Assembly (NCBI GenBank): GCA_964016885.1
Contig: OZ024742.1
Coordinates: forward strand, 131,068,001-131,132,000
Origin: Eledone cirrhosa
Taxonomy: Eukaryota
Length of the DNA stretch: 64,000 bases
Direction of reading: 5' to 3'
Positions within the stretch are counted from its first letter, which is position 1, and every line of letters begins with the position of its first letter. Shown piece by piece: positions 44,641-59,261 of the stretch. Below the pieces are notes generated by a model. That model did not search any database and had not been told where the DNA came from. It saw only the letters and a list, made by a program, of their open reading frames with translations. The translations under genes were made by a program, and so were the position numbers.

Positions 44641-47600
44641 TTCCAAGGGGAAAACGAGGAAAGCTCTCCCACTCCCCCTACCCCTCCAATTATACACATA
44701 GACAAAACAATAAATGCACACACAGGCACAGATACACTTACAGCCACAGACCCTTTGTCTTCCAGCAGAGAAGATGAAGGAAAACCCAAAAGTGCCAAAA
44801 AACAAAAGAGAAAACTCACAAAAAAGCCCCAGCAAAAGACAAAAAATACAGACAAAAAATACAGACACCACTAACGCAAACACTTCCCCAATAACATCAA
44901 CACCAACATCAACACCAACACCACCCCCACAATCCCTGAAACGCAAACAACCTAAACAAACACAAGAAGAAATAAACACAGACACCTGGAATTGCAGACA
45001 CCACACCTACAACAAACACAGACATACCCGAAACAATTCCACCAAAACCATCACCACCACAGTCACCAAAACGAAAACAAATAAAACCACACCAATAAAA
45101 CATTAAAAACTTCGTGCTTGTCAGAAGGGCCAACGATAAATTGATAGCCCTCTTAGCACGAAGTGAGGACATCCAAACAGAGCGGGAGATCTTTGAATTG
45201 AACACATTTTGCGTGCCAGATTTGCTTCTGGTGCGAATGTCGCTCAATTCCTACAAAGAAATTCGAGAGAGCTTTCCTCAAGACGTGGGAACCCCGAACG
45301 TGAAACCCACATCGATACTTTTAAAGGGGTTCCCAAAAGAAAGAAACCCCACCAACCATGGAGATCGAACCACCCGACCTTCACAAGACCCCGGGAGGTA
45401 AGTAAACCTTCCCTCTCTCTTTTAGCTTGCCAACATGGCTATATTAAGAGTAGGAAGGTTAAATGTTCGCGGCCTGGGGTCACCATGGAAGCAGGGTCGC
45501 CTGCTCCACGACCTCAGGTCTCTGGAAATGGATGTATTGCCGTCAGCGAGACCAGGATTTCAGACACGCGTGTACTAGCCCCCTTTTTCGACGACTATCA
45601 GATCTTCGCATCCGCAGGCCGGGAATGGGAGGTGGGGTGGCAGTGCTGTTTAGGAAAGGTCTGGATCTCGAGGGAAGGTCGATCTTCCGGGACTCGGATG
45701 GTAAGTTGGTGGTCCTGGATGTGACTAGTAGCGAAGGTGGTGACTTTAGAGTGCTGGCCGTCTACGCCCTTACTGGGGCCGGACGACCGAACCTCTTTAG
45801 GCGCCTGGAAACCTTTCTGGGTACGTCTCGCTCTCTACTGTTAGCGGGGGACTGGACCGGCATCTTAGACGCACGCTAGGATTGTGTGAGAGTATCTGAT
45901 AGGAGCGAGGGGTGCAAAAGCCTCAAACACCTAATCAGCCAGTTCCAACTGTCTGACAGTTATCGACTAGATTTCCCCAATGCGCCAATGTGAACGTGGA
46001 CAAACCGCATAGGGTCATCTAGATCATATATAGACAGGATCGTCATTAGGAAAATAGATAGAAACAGTGTAGGCTGCCCAATTTTTAAAACGGTCGCCTA
46101 TTCAGATCACAAATTTGTGATCTGTTTAGTCGACCTAGATAAAACGCGTAGGTTGGGACCGGGTTAGTGGAAGCTGAATATGTCATTTCCGGCACGTAAG
46201 GCTTACAGGGACCGAGTCAACAATTTAGTTAAACAAAAGTTGACAGGGGGCGGATCATCAACAACAGATGGTGGGTGGCTCTCAAAAGAGAGATTAGAGT
46301 AACTTCGATAGATTTCAGCAAATAACTAGCGTTAGAGAAAAATAGAAAGAAGGGGGAGCTGGTAGATAAGTTAGACGAGGCCATTTGTAATGGCATTGCA
46401 AATGACGTGCTAGCGGCGAGAATGGCATTAGACCATTTCTTAAATGCGAAACACCAAGGTTGCATTGTCAGAGCTAAGGCGCGTGCGCTGAGAAACGAGG
46501 GAACCAAAGCTGTTCGATGGGCCTGCGTGGCGGAGGCGCAGCGTGGTAATAAAACCACAATTCGGTCTTTGGCAGACCGAGACGGGCACGAGATAAGCGA
46601 TTCCAATCGGATGTGCGAGGTCTTTCGCCAGCACTTTGCTCGGTTGTTCGGGGAGAGTAGCGGATATCAGTCCCTACCTTGACGGCTTGCCGCGCATCTC
46701 GACGGTCGACGCTGAGCGCTGCAAAAGGCCGATTACTTCAGCAAAATTCAGGACTCCCTTGTCGGCTGCATGAGGCGCAAGTCCCCCGGTTTGGATGCCT
46801 GCCCTACGAGCTTTACGTAAATATGCCAGATTTGTTCTCCGATCTCCCTGAAGCACTTTACTGCAATTGGCAGCAGCATGGGAGTATTCCCAGTTTTGTG
46901 AGCAGGAGACTGGTGACGCTGATAAGGAAAGAAGAGAACTAGAGGTATACATTAGACAACTTCAGGTCAATAACTCTGCTCAACGCAGAGTTTAAGATAT
47001 TCGCCAAGGTGTTAGCAAAGAGATTGGCGCTTGTCGTCGAGGATTTGGTTGGGGATGCGCAAACTTGTGCAATCCTATCCAGGTCCTTACACGACAATCT
47101 CCACCTCATGCGATACATAATAGAGTGGGTAGTGTGTAAACCTGGCTTCGGTGGGGCACTGATCAATTTAGATCAATCGAAAGCATTCGATAGGGTCGAC
47201 CATCGGTATCTGGAGTTTGTCCTCCAAGCAGCAGGTTTCGGCGCTCTCTTCAGAACTTCAGAAGCTGGATCGCTGCAATGCACAGCGGCACACGCTCGGT
47301 GGTCAAGGTTAATGGTCACCTCTCGGAACCATTTCGGCTCTCCCGATCGGTCCGTAAAGGGTGCTCTCTCTCTTCCCTTCTGTACATATTGACTCTCGAG
47401 CCTTTACTGAAGCTGGAACAGTTGCAGGGCATCCCGCTCGAACCGGGACGTGGAATGGCGGTGTCGGCTTATGCGGACGACATCACCGTGATGGTGTCGG
47501 ACACTTCAGAAATCGAGGTGGTCGGCACCTTATTGAAGGAATATGATAGGTTGACAGGAGCCAAATTTAAACCGGAAAAATCGGTGGGCTTGCAGCTCGG

Positions 47601-49011
47601 AATAGGGAGAGGCAAGCCTATGCCGTCCAACAGCGTCGTGGGGTGCTGGACAGACGGACCGGTAAAGTTGTTCGGGGTTTGGTTCGGACCAGACGTCCAG
47701 GTGGAAAAGAATTGGGACGAGGTAACAAGCAGAGTAACCAGTCTCACCCAAAAATGGGCTGGGAGGAAGCTATCACTGAAAGGTCGCGCGGAGGTGGCGA
47801 ATGCGTACATCACGTCTGTCATCTACTACCGCCTGACCGTCGTGAATTTCCCCCGTCCGTGCCTCGTCAAGTTGGAACGTCTCCTCCTCAAATTTTGTGG
47901 TACGGAGAAGTTCCGTTGGTGAGGCGGTCCATCTGCTGACAGCACTCTCAACGCGGAAGGCTGGGCATGCCGTGGCTAATGATGCGCAGACAAGCGCTGA
48001 GGCTGCGACATCTCCAGATACTCTTCCTAAACGGTGAACAGGTGTGGTCACAGTTTATCAGACGGGTCTAACCGCAACTCGTTTCTTTGACTGAGATACA
48101 GTCCTGCGTCAAGAAGAGACCGAGACTTGGTGACTGGCACCTGGAATGTTGCCAGGCACTCACTGCCCTCTAGCAAGTGGACAATGCGACCAGTCTGTAC
48201 CAGAGGACTTTCGAGCCGGGGACGATGGACAATTTCCAGAAATCCCCCGCTTGGCAGTGCTACTGTTTGGGGCACTGCCGGTTCGGGATAAACTCTACAG
48301 GCACGGAAGTGTTATCAGACGGACCTGCCCAAGATGCGCACAGAGCGATGAAACCGTTCTGCACGCTCTTGTCCAATGTCGGTGCATTACTGACTTGTGG
48401 AGTTATGTCGAACAGCTACTGTCACGCGTGGAACGGATCCGGCTATCGGCCGAGTCCATAGTGAAGATCGACCCGCCGCCTTCCTTTTGTCAGGAAGAGC
48501 AGGCAATTTTTCTCTGTCTAGTGGCCGTTGCGAAAGAGGTTATATGGTGGACCAGATTAAAAGGACTGAAGACAGACACTTTTCTGTTCGGCCAATCCCT
48601 CATCAACTTCTTCAAGTTTCACCTGGAAAGGAAGGTGAAGGTGGAGAGAGAAGTGTTACCCCCCCCCCAGTACATTTGCTAAAAGGTGGATGAATGTGAC
48701 GAGAATAGCCTGTGTGAATGGGCCTACTCTGACCATGCGCCTATAGGTTAGCTAACTAGGAGAGGGGTGCTTTCCCTGGGTGCCCTGGAAGCGCAGGGTG
48801 GTTCAGGATTGGTGGGGTACCTGAGTCACCACAGGGTCGTCCACCCCCTATCGGGGAATTTATTTTGTTATATTTATGCATAGTTTATTTTATACTTTTT
48901 ATAACTACATTGTTAAATTGTGCACTTTTACTCGACCTGATTGTAAACCCCACGGTCCCTGTCTTTGTATTGTCCCCTACATGTCGGCCCTTGTGGACAA
49001 TAAATAAAATC
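44641..49011 (+). mobile_element. Tx1/L1-like LINE (family D), 5'-truncated and decayed
   Basis: ORF1 remnant, then ORF2 from ~45435: APE, RT (LDQSKAFDRVDH, VRKGCSLS, AYADD) and CCHC (CPRC..ETVLHALVQC). Ends aataaataaaatc(ATT)n. Confidence 0.92.
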
Positions 49012-49034
49012 ATTATTATTATTATTATTGTTGT

Positions 49035-49325
49035 TGGGGGATTGGCAGTATCGATAGAGGGTCTGACTCCATGCTTTGCAGTTACGGCCCTTTATGGTCT
49101 GAGTTCAAATCCCACCGAGGTTAACGTTGCCTTTCATCCTTACGGGTCGATAAAATAAAGTACCAGTAATACACTGGAATAATTGATGGCCTTGTGCCAA
49201 AAATAGAAACAATTATTACTATTATTGTTATTAACTTTGCCTTTCATCCTTACGGGGTCGATAAAATAAAGTACCAGTAATGTACTGGTGATGTGTTGGC
49301 CTTGTGCCTAAAGTAGAAACAATTA
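49035..49325 (+). mobile_element. One full and one partial SINE in the (ATT)n tail of the LINE
   Basis: Match to the dominant SINE. Confidence 0.85.
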
Positions 49326-50192
49326 TTATTATTATTATTATCATCCTTGTTGTTTAGTCTGTCAAGACGCATGTAAATATCGCTCCGTATGTTTTGTTAA
49401 TTTTCAAGTGTTTACATTGCATTCCTTGTTATACATTGTGTGTCCCACATTGTCCTGTGTTAAGGCGACCCCATAATATTTGGACCTTGGGCCAAAATAT
49501 TTGAACTTTATTTTATTTTTTTACCAAAACGTTTCCAAAAATATGGACGGAATACGCCATCTCTCATTCAGTCAGCTGTCACGTGACAGCGTCTCAAACG
49601 TTGAGAAGAGACACCCCCTCCACCACCATCATGATGAAAACTACCACCAATTTAGGCACTATCGTCAACAACAACAACAACAGTACCAACAACAAAAACA
49701 TAAGAAACGACGAGAACAACAATGGCAAGAACACCAACAACGAAATGAACATTACCACCACAGCAACCACAACAACAACAATGTGAGTAACTAATTTACT
49801 AAGAGCAACAGCAACAACGAAACAAGTGAAAGAAACAACAGCAACACCACCACCACACCATCTCCACCACCAAATAAAAACAATTAACCCTCACTGGCTC
49901 ACCTTTTTAAAATAACTTTGAGGGAACAAGATATTAGAAATTATTTTCCTCGTTTCTTTATCGATATATAGCGCCGAAAGACACACTCACGCACACATAC
50001 ACAACCACACACACACAGATATACACAAACACAAACACCTGCAACACACCCACAAACACATATATATTTGTATATAAATATATTATTTACAGTTCTGCCT
50101 GTGATTTAAATAGTCAATGAGAATATATTTAACGGTAAAGGTAAGGTTAAATAGTTCAATGAAATAAACAAGTCCATATATCTCCACATATA

Positions 50193-50309
<117 letters not shown>

Positions 50310-50351
50310 GCACACACGTATACATATATATATATATATATACACACACAC

Positions 50352-50388
<37 letters not shown>

Positions 50389-50481
50389 CATTTATATATA
50401 TATATATTTATATATATATATATATATATAAAAGAATGAAGAGTAACATGGTTGGCTGTACAACAAAGGGCTTTATTTCAG

Positions 50482-50592
50482 GTATTGACAATTGTTTCAT
50501 TGATCAGGTGAGTCTAGAGGTCGCTAATCATTCAAAGTTGCGTCACTCGATCTCCATTACATTATTTACCTCTCACCAACTCACCAGAATAC
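50482..50592 (-). ncRNA. Hammerhead-like motif with a greatly extended stem II, in a (TA)n-flanked PLE-like insert (~50430-51175)
   Basis: Minus strand: gtatt-CTGGTGA-gttg...~75 nt...caat-GAAA-c aatt g-TC-aatac. Core position A6 is G. Confidence 0.55.
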
Positions 50593-51185
50593 AAAAACAA
50601 TTCGCTCAAGGCAAGTTATATATAGAGAAATAGCGTATAATCAAGACAATAACATCAATAATAAAATATATATTATAAATAGGTAGAGAAGTTACAGATA
50701 TAAAAAGTAAAAAAGTAAAAGATAAGAAAAAAGATACAGTAAAAAAAGTAAGAAAATGGAAAAATATAAAGAAATAAGGATAAGTGAGAGCATGTAAGTA
50801 CAGAATATGGTAGTGGCGGTGAGTAAGTGTTCGTATAAGGATTCTGTGGTGGGTTTAGTGCTAACATGAAGTCATATTCGAAACATACATAGATACGTGT
50901 AGAGAGCCTGATGTGACAGATAAAAGAAAAAGCAATAAATTAGAAATTAATTGGGAGATACTAGTATGAGATTTAAGGGCTAAGGGTGGATGGTGAAGGG
51001 AGGTTTGACAAATGTGTGTGGTAAATGTTTTGCTGATTGTCTTGTCTTAATGGGGTTGATGCTCTTTCAGGGAGAAAGGGTGAAAGATGTTAAGAGATTT
51101 ATGCTCTAGTGACCAGTTGGCCATTTGACAGCTAATAGCGGTGTGATAGTGTGTATTCCATACGTTAAAATATATGTATGTATGT

Positions 51186-51252
<67 letters not shown>

Positions 51253-53247
51253 CTAACTGCTAAATCAATATCACCCAAGGAGGAAGTGCAAGAATTCTGG
51301 GAAAAGATCTGGGCCGAAGAAAAGGTTCATAATATACATGCCCTATGGATAGACAGACAAATGAAAGATACAACTCACCTTGAGGAACAAACATGGGAAA
51401 ATATAACAGTTGAAAAGTTGCGTTTGGCTCTTAGAAAAACCAGCAAATGGAAATCCCCAGGGAAAGACAAAATACCAAATTTTTGGATAAATGCCTTCAC
51501 AGAGCCTCATGAGCTGTTAGCCCAACTTTACAATGAAATGGTTAAGGAGCCAGAAAAGATACCATCATGGCTAGTTAACGGCATTACATTCCTGCTTCCG
51601 AAGAATGATGAGACAAACAATCCCCAAAATTACAGACCGATAACTTGCTTGACCACAATGTATAAAATTTTAACATCAGTTCTAGCTGAATATACATATA
51701 ATCACCTGATAACAAATGATCTATTTCCCAATGAGGAGAAAGGGTGTAAACGAGGCTCATATGGCTGTAAAGATCAGCCTTTGATTAACAAAATGATACT
51801 GGAAGATTGTCGTAATTGACACAAAAATCTATCAGAAACTTACAAATATCTAGGTGTTTGTGAAGGAGACGGAATCAAGCACTAGACAATGAGGGAAAGG
51901 ATAAGGAAGCAATGTTACCGCAGAGTGAGAGCAATCTTAAGAATGGAATTGAATGCAAGGAATAGGATCGATGCCATAAACACGCTTGCCATACCAGTAG
52001 TAACCTACAGTTACAATGTCATCAAGTGGTCAAGCACAGAGATCCGTAGGCTCGATACAAAAATTCGAAAACTCTTAACCATGCACAGAATGCATCACCC
52101 TAACGCAGATATAGATAAAATATATCTCCCTAGGAAAGAAGGAGGACGTGGGTTAATCCAGTTAGACATTGCGTTGAAAACTGCAACAATTGGATTATCT
52201 ACATATCTAAGGGAATCATATGATTGGATGATCAAACTCGTTTTGAAACAGAAGTTTCATTTACTGCTGAAATGAAAAACACAGAAAAAGCAAAGCAGAT
52301 AAAAGTAACTGCAAAGAAAGAACTGCTACAGAAACTGGCTAAGAAATGGCAAGAAAAGCCTCTGTATGGAAAATACCCAGAAAGAGCTAACAATCCTGAT
52401 GTTGACAAAACTTTAACCCATCAGTGGTTGGCATCCTCTGGACTGAAATCGGAGACTGAAGGACTAATTATATCCGCACAAGATCAGTGTCTGCCAAGAA
52501 AAAAATACCAAGCCAACATAATAAAAAATGGATGCAACCCATTATGCTGTGTATGTAAAAAACAACCAGAGACCATTGATCATATAATTTCAATGTGCAG
52601 TCCTATAGCTCCACCAGAATACATAAACAGGTACGACAGAGCTGCACAATACATACATTGGATAATGGGTAAGCATTTTGACCTGTCCCACCAAAAGAAT
52701 TGGTGGGAGCATCAACCACCTCCCATACTTGAAAAAGATCACATCTCAATCTTGTGGAACTTTAGCATCCAAAAAGATCGAAAATAGATGCAAATAGACC
52801 TGATATAATACTGAAGGACTTTAAAAAGAGGGTATGCCTGCTAATTGATATGTCCGTTCCAATAGACAAGAATGTATCTATAAAAACATTTGAAAAATTG
52901 AGCAAGTATAAGGACCTGGAGATAGAAATTGGAAAAATGTGGAAATTGAGAACAATACCAGTGGTTATAGGCGCTCTAGGAATGATACCTAAGGGGTCTA
53001 ATGATTACTTATCGCAAATCCCAGGAAACGCGCGTGTAGGAGAAATACAAAAGATAGTACTAATGGGAACTGCCCATATACTAAGGAAGATTCTGTTATT
53101 ATAAGTACATCACAAGTCTAAACACCTAAAGATGCATGTGTGTGTATGTGTGTTCTTTTTTGAACATGGCGGACCTTGTTGTCTCTTGAGGTCACTGGTT
53201 GTGACTTGGTGATAACTCTATGAACATAGAGCAAGATAAATGCAACT

Positions 53248-53250
<3 letters not shown>
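51253..53250 (+). mobile_element. R4/Dong-like LINE (family C), 5'-truncated with an internal RT deletion
   Basis: WKSPGKD...NYRPITCL...GCKDQ jumps directly to YKYLG at ~51835. Then CCVC..ETIDHIISMC, RPD, VPVVIGALG-like motifs. Ends in (TAA)n. Confidence 0.9.
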
Positions 53251-53337
<87 letters not shown>

Positions 53338-53341
<4 letters not shown>

Positions 53342-54228
53342 TAGACCAGGGGATGTCCAAGGAGGAAATAACAACAAGGAGAAAGAGCAGCCTTCATGAA
53401 AAATCCCTTCATAGTACCTTCTTTGAGAAAACTGAATTCAGAGATCCACAGACATGGAACTGGTTGAAAAGAGGAGACCTAAAAAAAGGCTGCAGAAGGA
53501 ATGTTAATGGCTGCGCAAGAGCAGGCCCTCAAAACGAAGTGGTTGAAACACCATATTTACAAGGAGGAGGCTAGCCCACTGTGCAGGATCTGTGGAGAGA
53601 GAGAGGAGACTGTGGCTCACATTGTATCCGAGTGTAAACACCTAGGCCAGACTCACTATAAAGGCTGGAGACATGATATGATGGGCAGGGTGATCCACTG
53701 GCACCTATGCAAAGTAAACAATTTACCACATTCTGAGGAGTGGTATGAGCATAAGCCAGAGTCGGTGATAGAAAACGATCAGGTGAAGGTGCTGTGGGAT
53801 TTTAGGATACAGACGGACAACAAACTGGAACACAATAGACCTGACCTGGTGGTTTTGGACAAAGAAAAAAGATCGCGCCTGATTGTGGATGTGGCCTGCC
53901 CATTCGACACAAGAGTGCAAGAGAAGGAGAGGGAGAAAATTAACCGATACTAGGACTTAAAGTGGGAGGTAAAAAGGATTTTGAACTGCCATGAAGTCAA
54001 AGTGGTCCCGATTGTCATAGGCGCACTAGGTACTATCTCAAAAAGTTTCCAGGGATGGTTAAAGAAAATTGGCCCCGCCACGCTTTTTGGAACGCTTCAA
54101 AAGGCATGCTTGCTGGGAACAGCAAGAAGCCTCCGATACGTCCTGAATATCTGAGGCTGCAGGTAGTGGCTTGATATTCATTTCAACAAATTTTCCAGTT
54201 AACTAACATCAATGACTGAGACTCAAAG
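53338..54228 (+). mobile_element. R4/Dong-like LINE (family A), 5'-truncated
   Basis: CRICGEREETVAHIVSEC, RHD, RPDLVVLD, IVDVACP; (TAA)n on both sides. Confidence 0.92.
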
Positions 54229-54240
54229 AATAATAATAAT

Positions 54241-57200
54241 GCTTTATTTATTAACCACAAGGGTTTACATAAAGTAGACATTAAGGACAGTACAGGACAA
54301 TACAGGATGGTACAAATGGGGATTTTTGAGTGTAAAAAAAAACAGAGGATGTAATAAAAAATAACAATGAAAAATTCCCTAATAGAGGGGAGACTTCCGA
54401 GGGACATTTGTGGAGAAAGCCCATTAAAAAGGTCACAGTGACCCTGACCACCAGGGCAAGTGCCCTCTCCCAGTTTTCCACCTTTAATTTACAGACACAT
54501 ATTCAGAGTAGGCCCATTCACTCGGGCCATACTTCCTTCTCTCAGCCATCTTTCAACAAAATGCTGGAAAGAGAGCACTTCCCTCTCTACCCTGATTTTC
54601 CTTTTCAAATGAAATTTGAAAAAGTTAATCAGGGCTTCACCGAAGAGGTAAGTACTCGTCTTCAGCCCTTTCAAACGTGTCCACCATACTATCTCTTTTG
54701 CCATGGCCATCAGACAGATAAAAACTGCTTGCCCTTCCCGGCTAAAGGAAGATGTGGGACAATCCTCACGATGGACTCAGCTGATAGCTGGATCCGTCCT
54801 ACACGTGACAGCAGGTGTTCGACATAAACCCACAAGTCAGCAATGCTCGGACACTGGACGAGTGCGTGCAGGATGGTTACATCGCCCTTCCCGCATCTCG
54901 GACATGCCCGGTTGATGGCACCTCCATGCCTGTAGAGTTTATCCCGAACTAGCAAAGCTCCTCGGTAGCACTGCCAGGCCAGGGTTTTCTGGAAGTAGTC
55001 CATAGGCCCCGGCCCGAAAGTCCTTCCGAAGAGATTGGCTAGTTGATTTTGGTCGACGCCTAAAGTTTCTCCAAGTACGTCGTCGCTCTTCCCCTGCACT
55101 AATCCTCTATAGAACGCCAAGGTGGAGTTTCCACAGATCACAGTGCCTGATTGGTCGAGGGCTGTGAGCGCCTGAAGACATTCCAGTCTCCAAGTGCTCC
55201 CTCTCGGTCTTCGCTTGACCCAGGACTGCAGCTCCGTCAAGGAGACGAGCTGGGGAAAGACGTGTCTAGCAAACGGCGACCACAGCTGATCACCGTCGAG
55301 GAAGAGGTGGAGATGTCGTAGCCTGAGCGCATGTCTGCGCATCATCAGCCACGGCCTGCCCATCCCTCCACGTAACGGGTGTTTACAGCAGATGGACCGC
55401 CTGACCATCAGAGCGCGTCCCTTCCACAAAAAGCGAAAGAGCAAACGCTCCAGCGCAGTCAGGCGGGGCTTAGGACAAGGTACGACGGTCAGGCGGTAGT
55501 AGATGACGGACTCGATGTACGCGTTAGCCACCTCCGCTCGACCTTTCAGGGATAGCTTCCTCTCCGCCCATTTCTGGGTGAGAGAAGCCACCCTGCCGTC
55601 ACCTCGTCCCAGTTTTTGTCCGTCTGGAGGTCCGGACCGAACCAGACCCCTAGCAATTTAACTGGTCCGTCCGTCCAGCGCCCGACGACGCTGTTGGACG
55701 GCATGGATCTGCTTCTCCAGATGCCGAGCTGCAGGCCCACTGACTTTTCCTGGTTGATCATTGCTCCTGTCACCGCTTCGTATTCTCTTAGTGTAGTTCC
55801 GATCGCCTCGATGTGTACGGTGACATCGTCGGCATATGCTGACACGGATCTTCCGCATCCTAGTTCGCGCGGGACCCCCCTCAACGTCTCCAGTTTGTGC
55901 AGTAATGGCTCGAGAGTCAATACGTACAAGAGGGACGAGAGGGGACACCCTTGGCGGACAGAGCGCATTATGTTGAACGGTTCCGAAAGGTGACCGTTCA
56001 CTCTCACCACAGAGCAGATGTCGCTGTGCATGGCAGCGGTCCAGCCTCTGAAGACGGGCCCAAAGCCAGCTGCCCTCAAGACTGCCGCTAGGTAACGATG
56101 GTCGACCCTATCGAAAGCTTTCGACTGATCTAAATTGATCAAGGACCCACCCATGCCAGGTTCCCTAGCTACCCTCCCTACGATGTATCGCATGAGGTGG
56201 AGGTTGTCGTGGATGGATTTGTCGGGAATGGCGCATGTCTGCGCCTCTCCCACCAGACCACCAACTACAAGCGCCAACCTCTTTGCTAGCACCTTGGCCA
56301 AAATCTTGAACTCTGTGTTTAGCAGAGTTATGGTCCTGAAATTATCTATGTTATCCCCTTTGATCGGATCCTTTCTCAGCAGCGCCACAGCTCCTCGGCT
56401 CACAGAGCTGGAAATTCTCCGGTTCTGTTGCCAGTTGCAGTAGACGTCCGCCAAGAGGCCTCCGAATAAGTCTGGCATCTGAACGTAAAGTTCATAGGGC
56501 AGACCATCCAAACCAGGCGATTTACCCCTTGTGCAGCCAGTCATTGCCTCCCGTACTTCAGCTGTTGTTATCGGCTTTTCGCACCAATCCGCCTCCGTGG
56601 CCGATCGAGTAGCATGCGCCCGTCGTATTCCACCAAAGACCTTATCGTGGCTTTGTTGCCACGATGCGCCTCCGCCACTCGGGCCCATTGAACGGCTTTC
56701 GTCCCCTCGTGTCTGAGAGCATGCACCCTAGCTCTGACAACGCAGCCTTCGTGAATTGCATTGAAGAATTGGTCAAGGGCGAATTTCGTCGCAAGTACGT
56801 CGGTCGCGATGCCTTTGCAAAGTGCCTCGTCTAATTTTCTAACTAATTCTCCCTCTGCTCTATTTTTCTCTATTGCTAAAGCCTTTCTAAACCTAATGGA
56901 CGCTATTCTAATTGCTCTTTTCAGAGCAAACCACCACATGTTGTTGACGATGGCCCCCATCAACGCCCTCTTAACTAGTTCGCTAATCCGGTCTCTGTAG
57001 GCCTTGCGCGCTGGTAAGGACGCGTTTAGCTTTCAGTAGCCGGGTCCTCGTCTATGAAGCCTTTCTAAGTCAAGCACACAGATCACGAATTTGTGTTCCG
57101 TGTAGCTGACTATCTTGAATTGTGGACAGCCTATGCTAGACCTATCTATTTCCCTACAAAATACTCTATCTAGATATGATCTGGATGACCCTATGCGATT

Positions 57201-59230
57201 TGTCCAAGTCCACATTGGCACATTCGGGAAATCCAATCGGTACCTGTCAGACAGTTCAAAGCGCCTGAGCAGGTTGGTGAGACTCTTGCACATTCCTCCC
57301 CTATCCGTTAATCCCACACAGTCCTAGCGTGCATCTAAGATCCCGTTCCAGATGCCCACTAACACTAAAGAGCGGGACGTTCCAAGAAAGGTCTCCAGAC
57401 GCCGGAAGAAATCAGGCCGCCCTGCTCCTGTCGGGGCATAGACGGCCACTAGCCTGAAAGCTTGCCCGTCTCCGCTGGTCACGTCCAGCACCACCAACTT
57501 ACCTTCTGGGTCCAGGAAGATGGCCCGTATGGCGAGATCCAAACCTCTCCGAAAAAGCACGGCAAATCCTCCCCCCGATCCCGGACGGCTGGGAGATGCG
57601 TCCACATCGTAGCCGCCGAAGATCGGTGCGAAGGCTCGTGCTTCTGAGATTCTGGTCTCGCTGATGGCCACTACATCTATGTTTAGTGACCTGAGGTGGT
57701 TGAGCAGGTGGCCCTGCTTCCATGACGACCCCCAAGCTACGCGCATTTATGCTGCCTATTCTGAGTGAGGTCATGTTGAAATGGAGTGGAAAAGATGGGA
57801 AAGACCACTTACCTTACTTCTCGATGAGGAAGGATGTTATCTCCATCCTTTTCACTGCTTGTGGCCTCCTTCGGAAGGATGTCCATATAAATCCTCCTGG
57901 AGAGTGTTTGTCGGAAGTCTCCGATGTCTTTGGGTAATTTTTGTTTTGGTGTCGTGTACGTTTTCTGTGATGCGAGTGATTTGTATGTGTGGAGGTGGTG
58001 TAAACTTTTGGGTTATTGTGTAGTCTTTTTCTGTCATTCTGTGTGTTGTGTTGGATGTAGTGTAATAAATTCAAATTAAATGCTGTGTAATGTGTCTCAT
58101 TTTGGTTGTTCTGTTTTGTTTGCGTTTGTTATGGGTTTGTTTCTGTTTCACTTTTTGGTGATTTTGTGGTGTTGGTGATGGTGGTGTTGGGGTTAATGAT
58201 GGTGATGGTGTTGGTGTTTGTGGTGATGGGGTTGGTGATGCTGGTGTGGATGGTGGCATATCTGTCCTAACTTTTTTGTTTGATATTTTATTTGTTTCTC
58301 TCTGTATTTTGTTTTTGGAGGGGGAGGGAAGAGATTTTTTTTCTTTTTTGGTTTCTTTTTTTCTCTTTTCCTCATACCGTTTCCCACTCCTTGGCGCCAC
58401 AATCTGTCTCCAGTTGTGATAAGCCGGGGAGTGGAAAATCCTCCACAGGCGTTAGTTTTGGTTGTAGCGTTGTGGATGGTGTAGGCGCTGGTGCTAGTTC
58501 TGGCGCGTTGGGTGGTGGTGGTGTTGGTTTTGCTACTGTTGTTGGGGTTGTTGCTGTTACAGTTGCTTCAGTGTTGCTGCTACAGTTGTTGCTGTCATCT
58601 CTGCTGCTGGTGGTGTTGATGGTTGAGTCACTGGGGTGGGTAAGAGAGGTGGCCTCAACCTTTTAGCCTGAGGGCAGAAAGCCCTTAGGTGGGTTCCTTC
58701 ACCACAAACGACACACCTAGGCCTTCTGCTCTCGACGATTACGGTGAGGTGGCTGCCGTCAGTGAGGTCTATTACCTCTGGGATCTCCACAATGCTTTTT
58801 TGGTCCGCTTGGATCAGGAGCTCCATCCCTGATCCGGACCAGTTCTGCTGCTTTTCTTTCGCTATTTCGATTATCTTGGTGTTGGCTTCGATGACGGCGA
58901 GGATGGCAGCTATTAGCCAGGGAATTTCGATGGCCGGTGGAACGTGGATCACCCTGATCTTTACGAGTCTCTGGCCACAATAGCTTGGGACGAGTGTGAA
59001 GTCGTCACTTCTTAATGGGGCCATGGAGTGTTCTCTAGACTCCTGTGGTCTTTCAAAGAACACGTCCACGGTTCCATATTTTTTCCCACGTCTGATGTGG
59101 GTTTTGTTCGCCCACACATGTCCCAAAGCTTTTTGGATTTGGGACTCGGATGCCCGTTCCACTCGGCGCGATTTTATATTAATTGTTCGATAAGACACGG
59201 TGCATAGGCGCCGATGCTCCATTTTATTAG

Positions 59231-59261
<31 letters not shown>

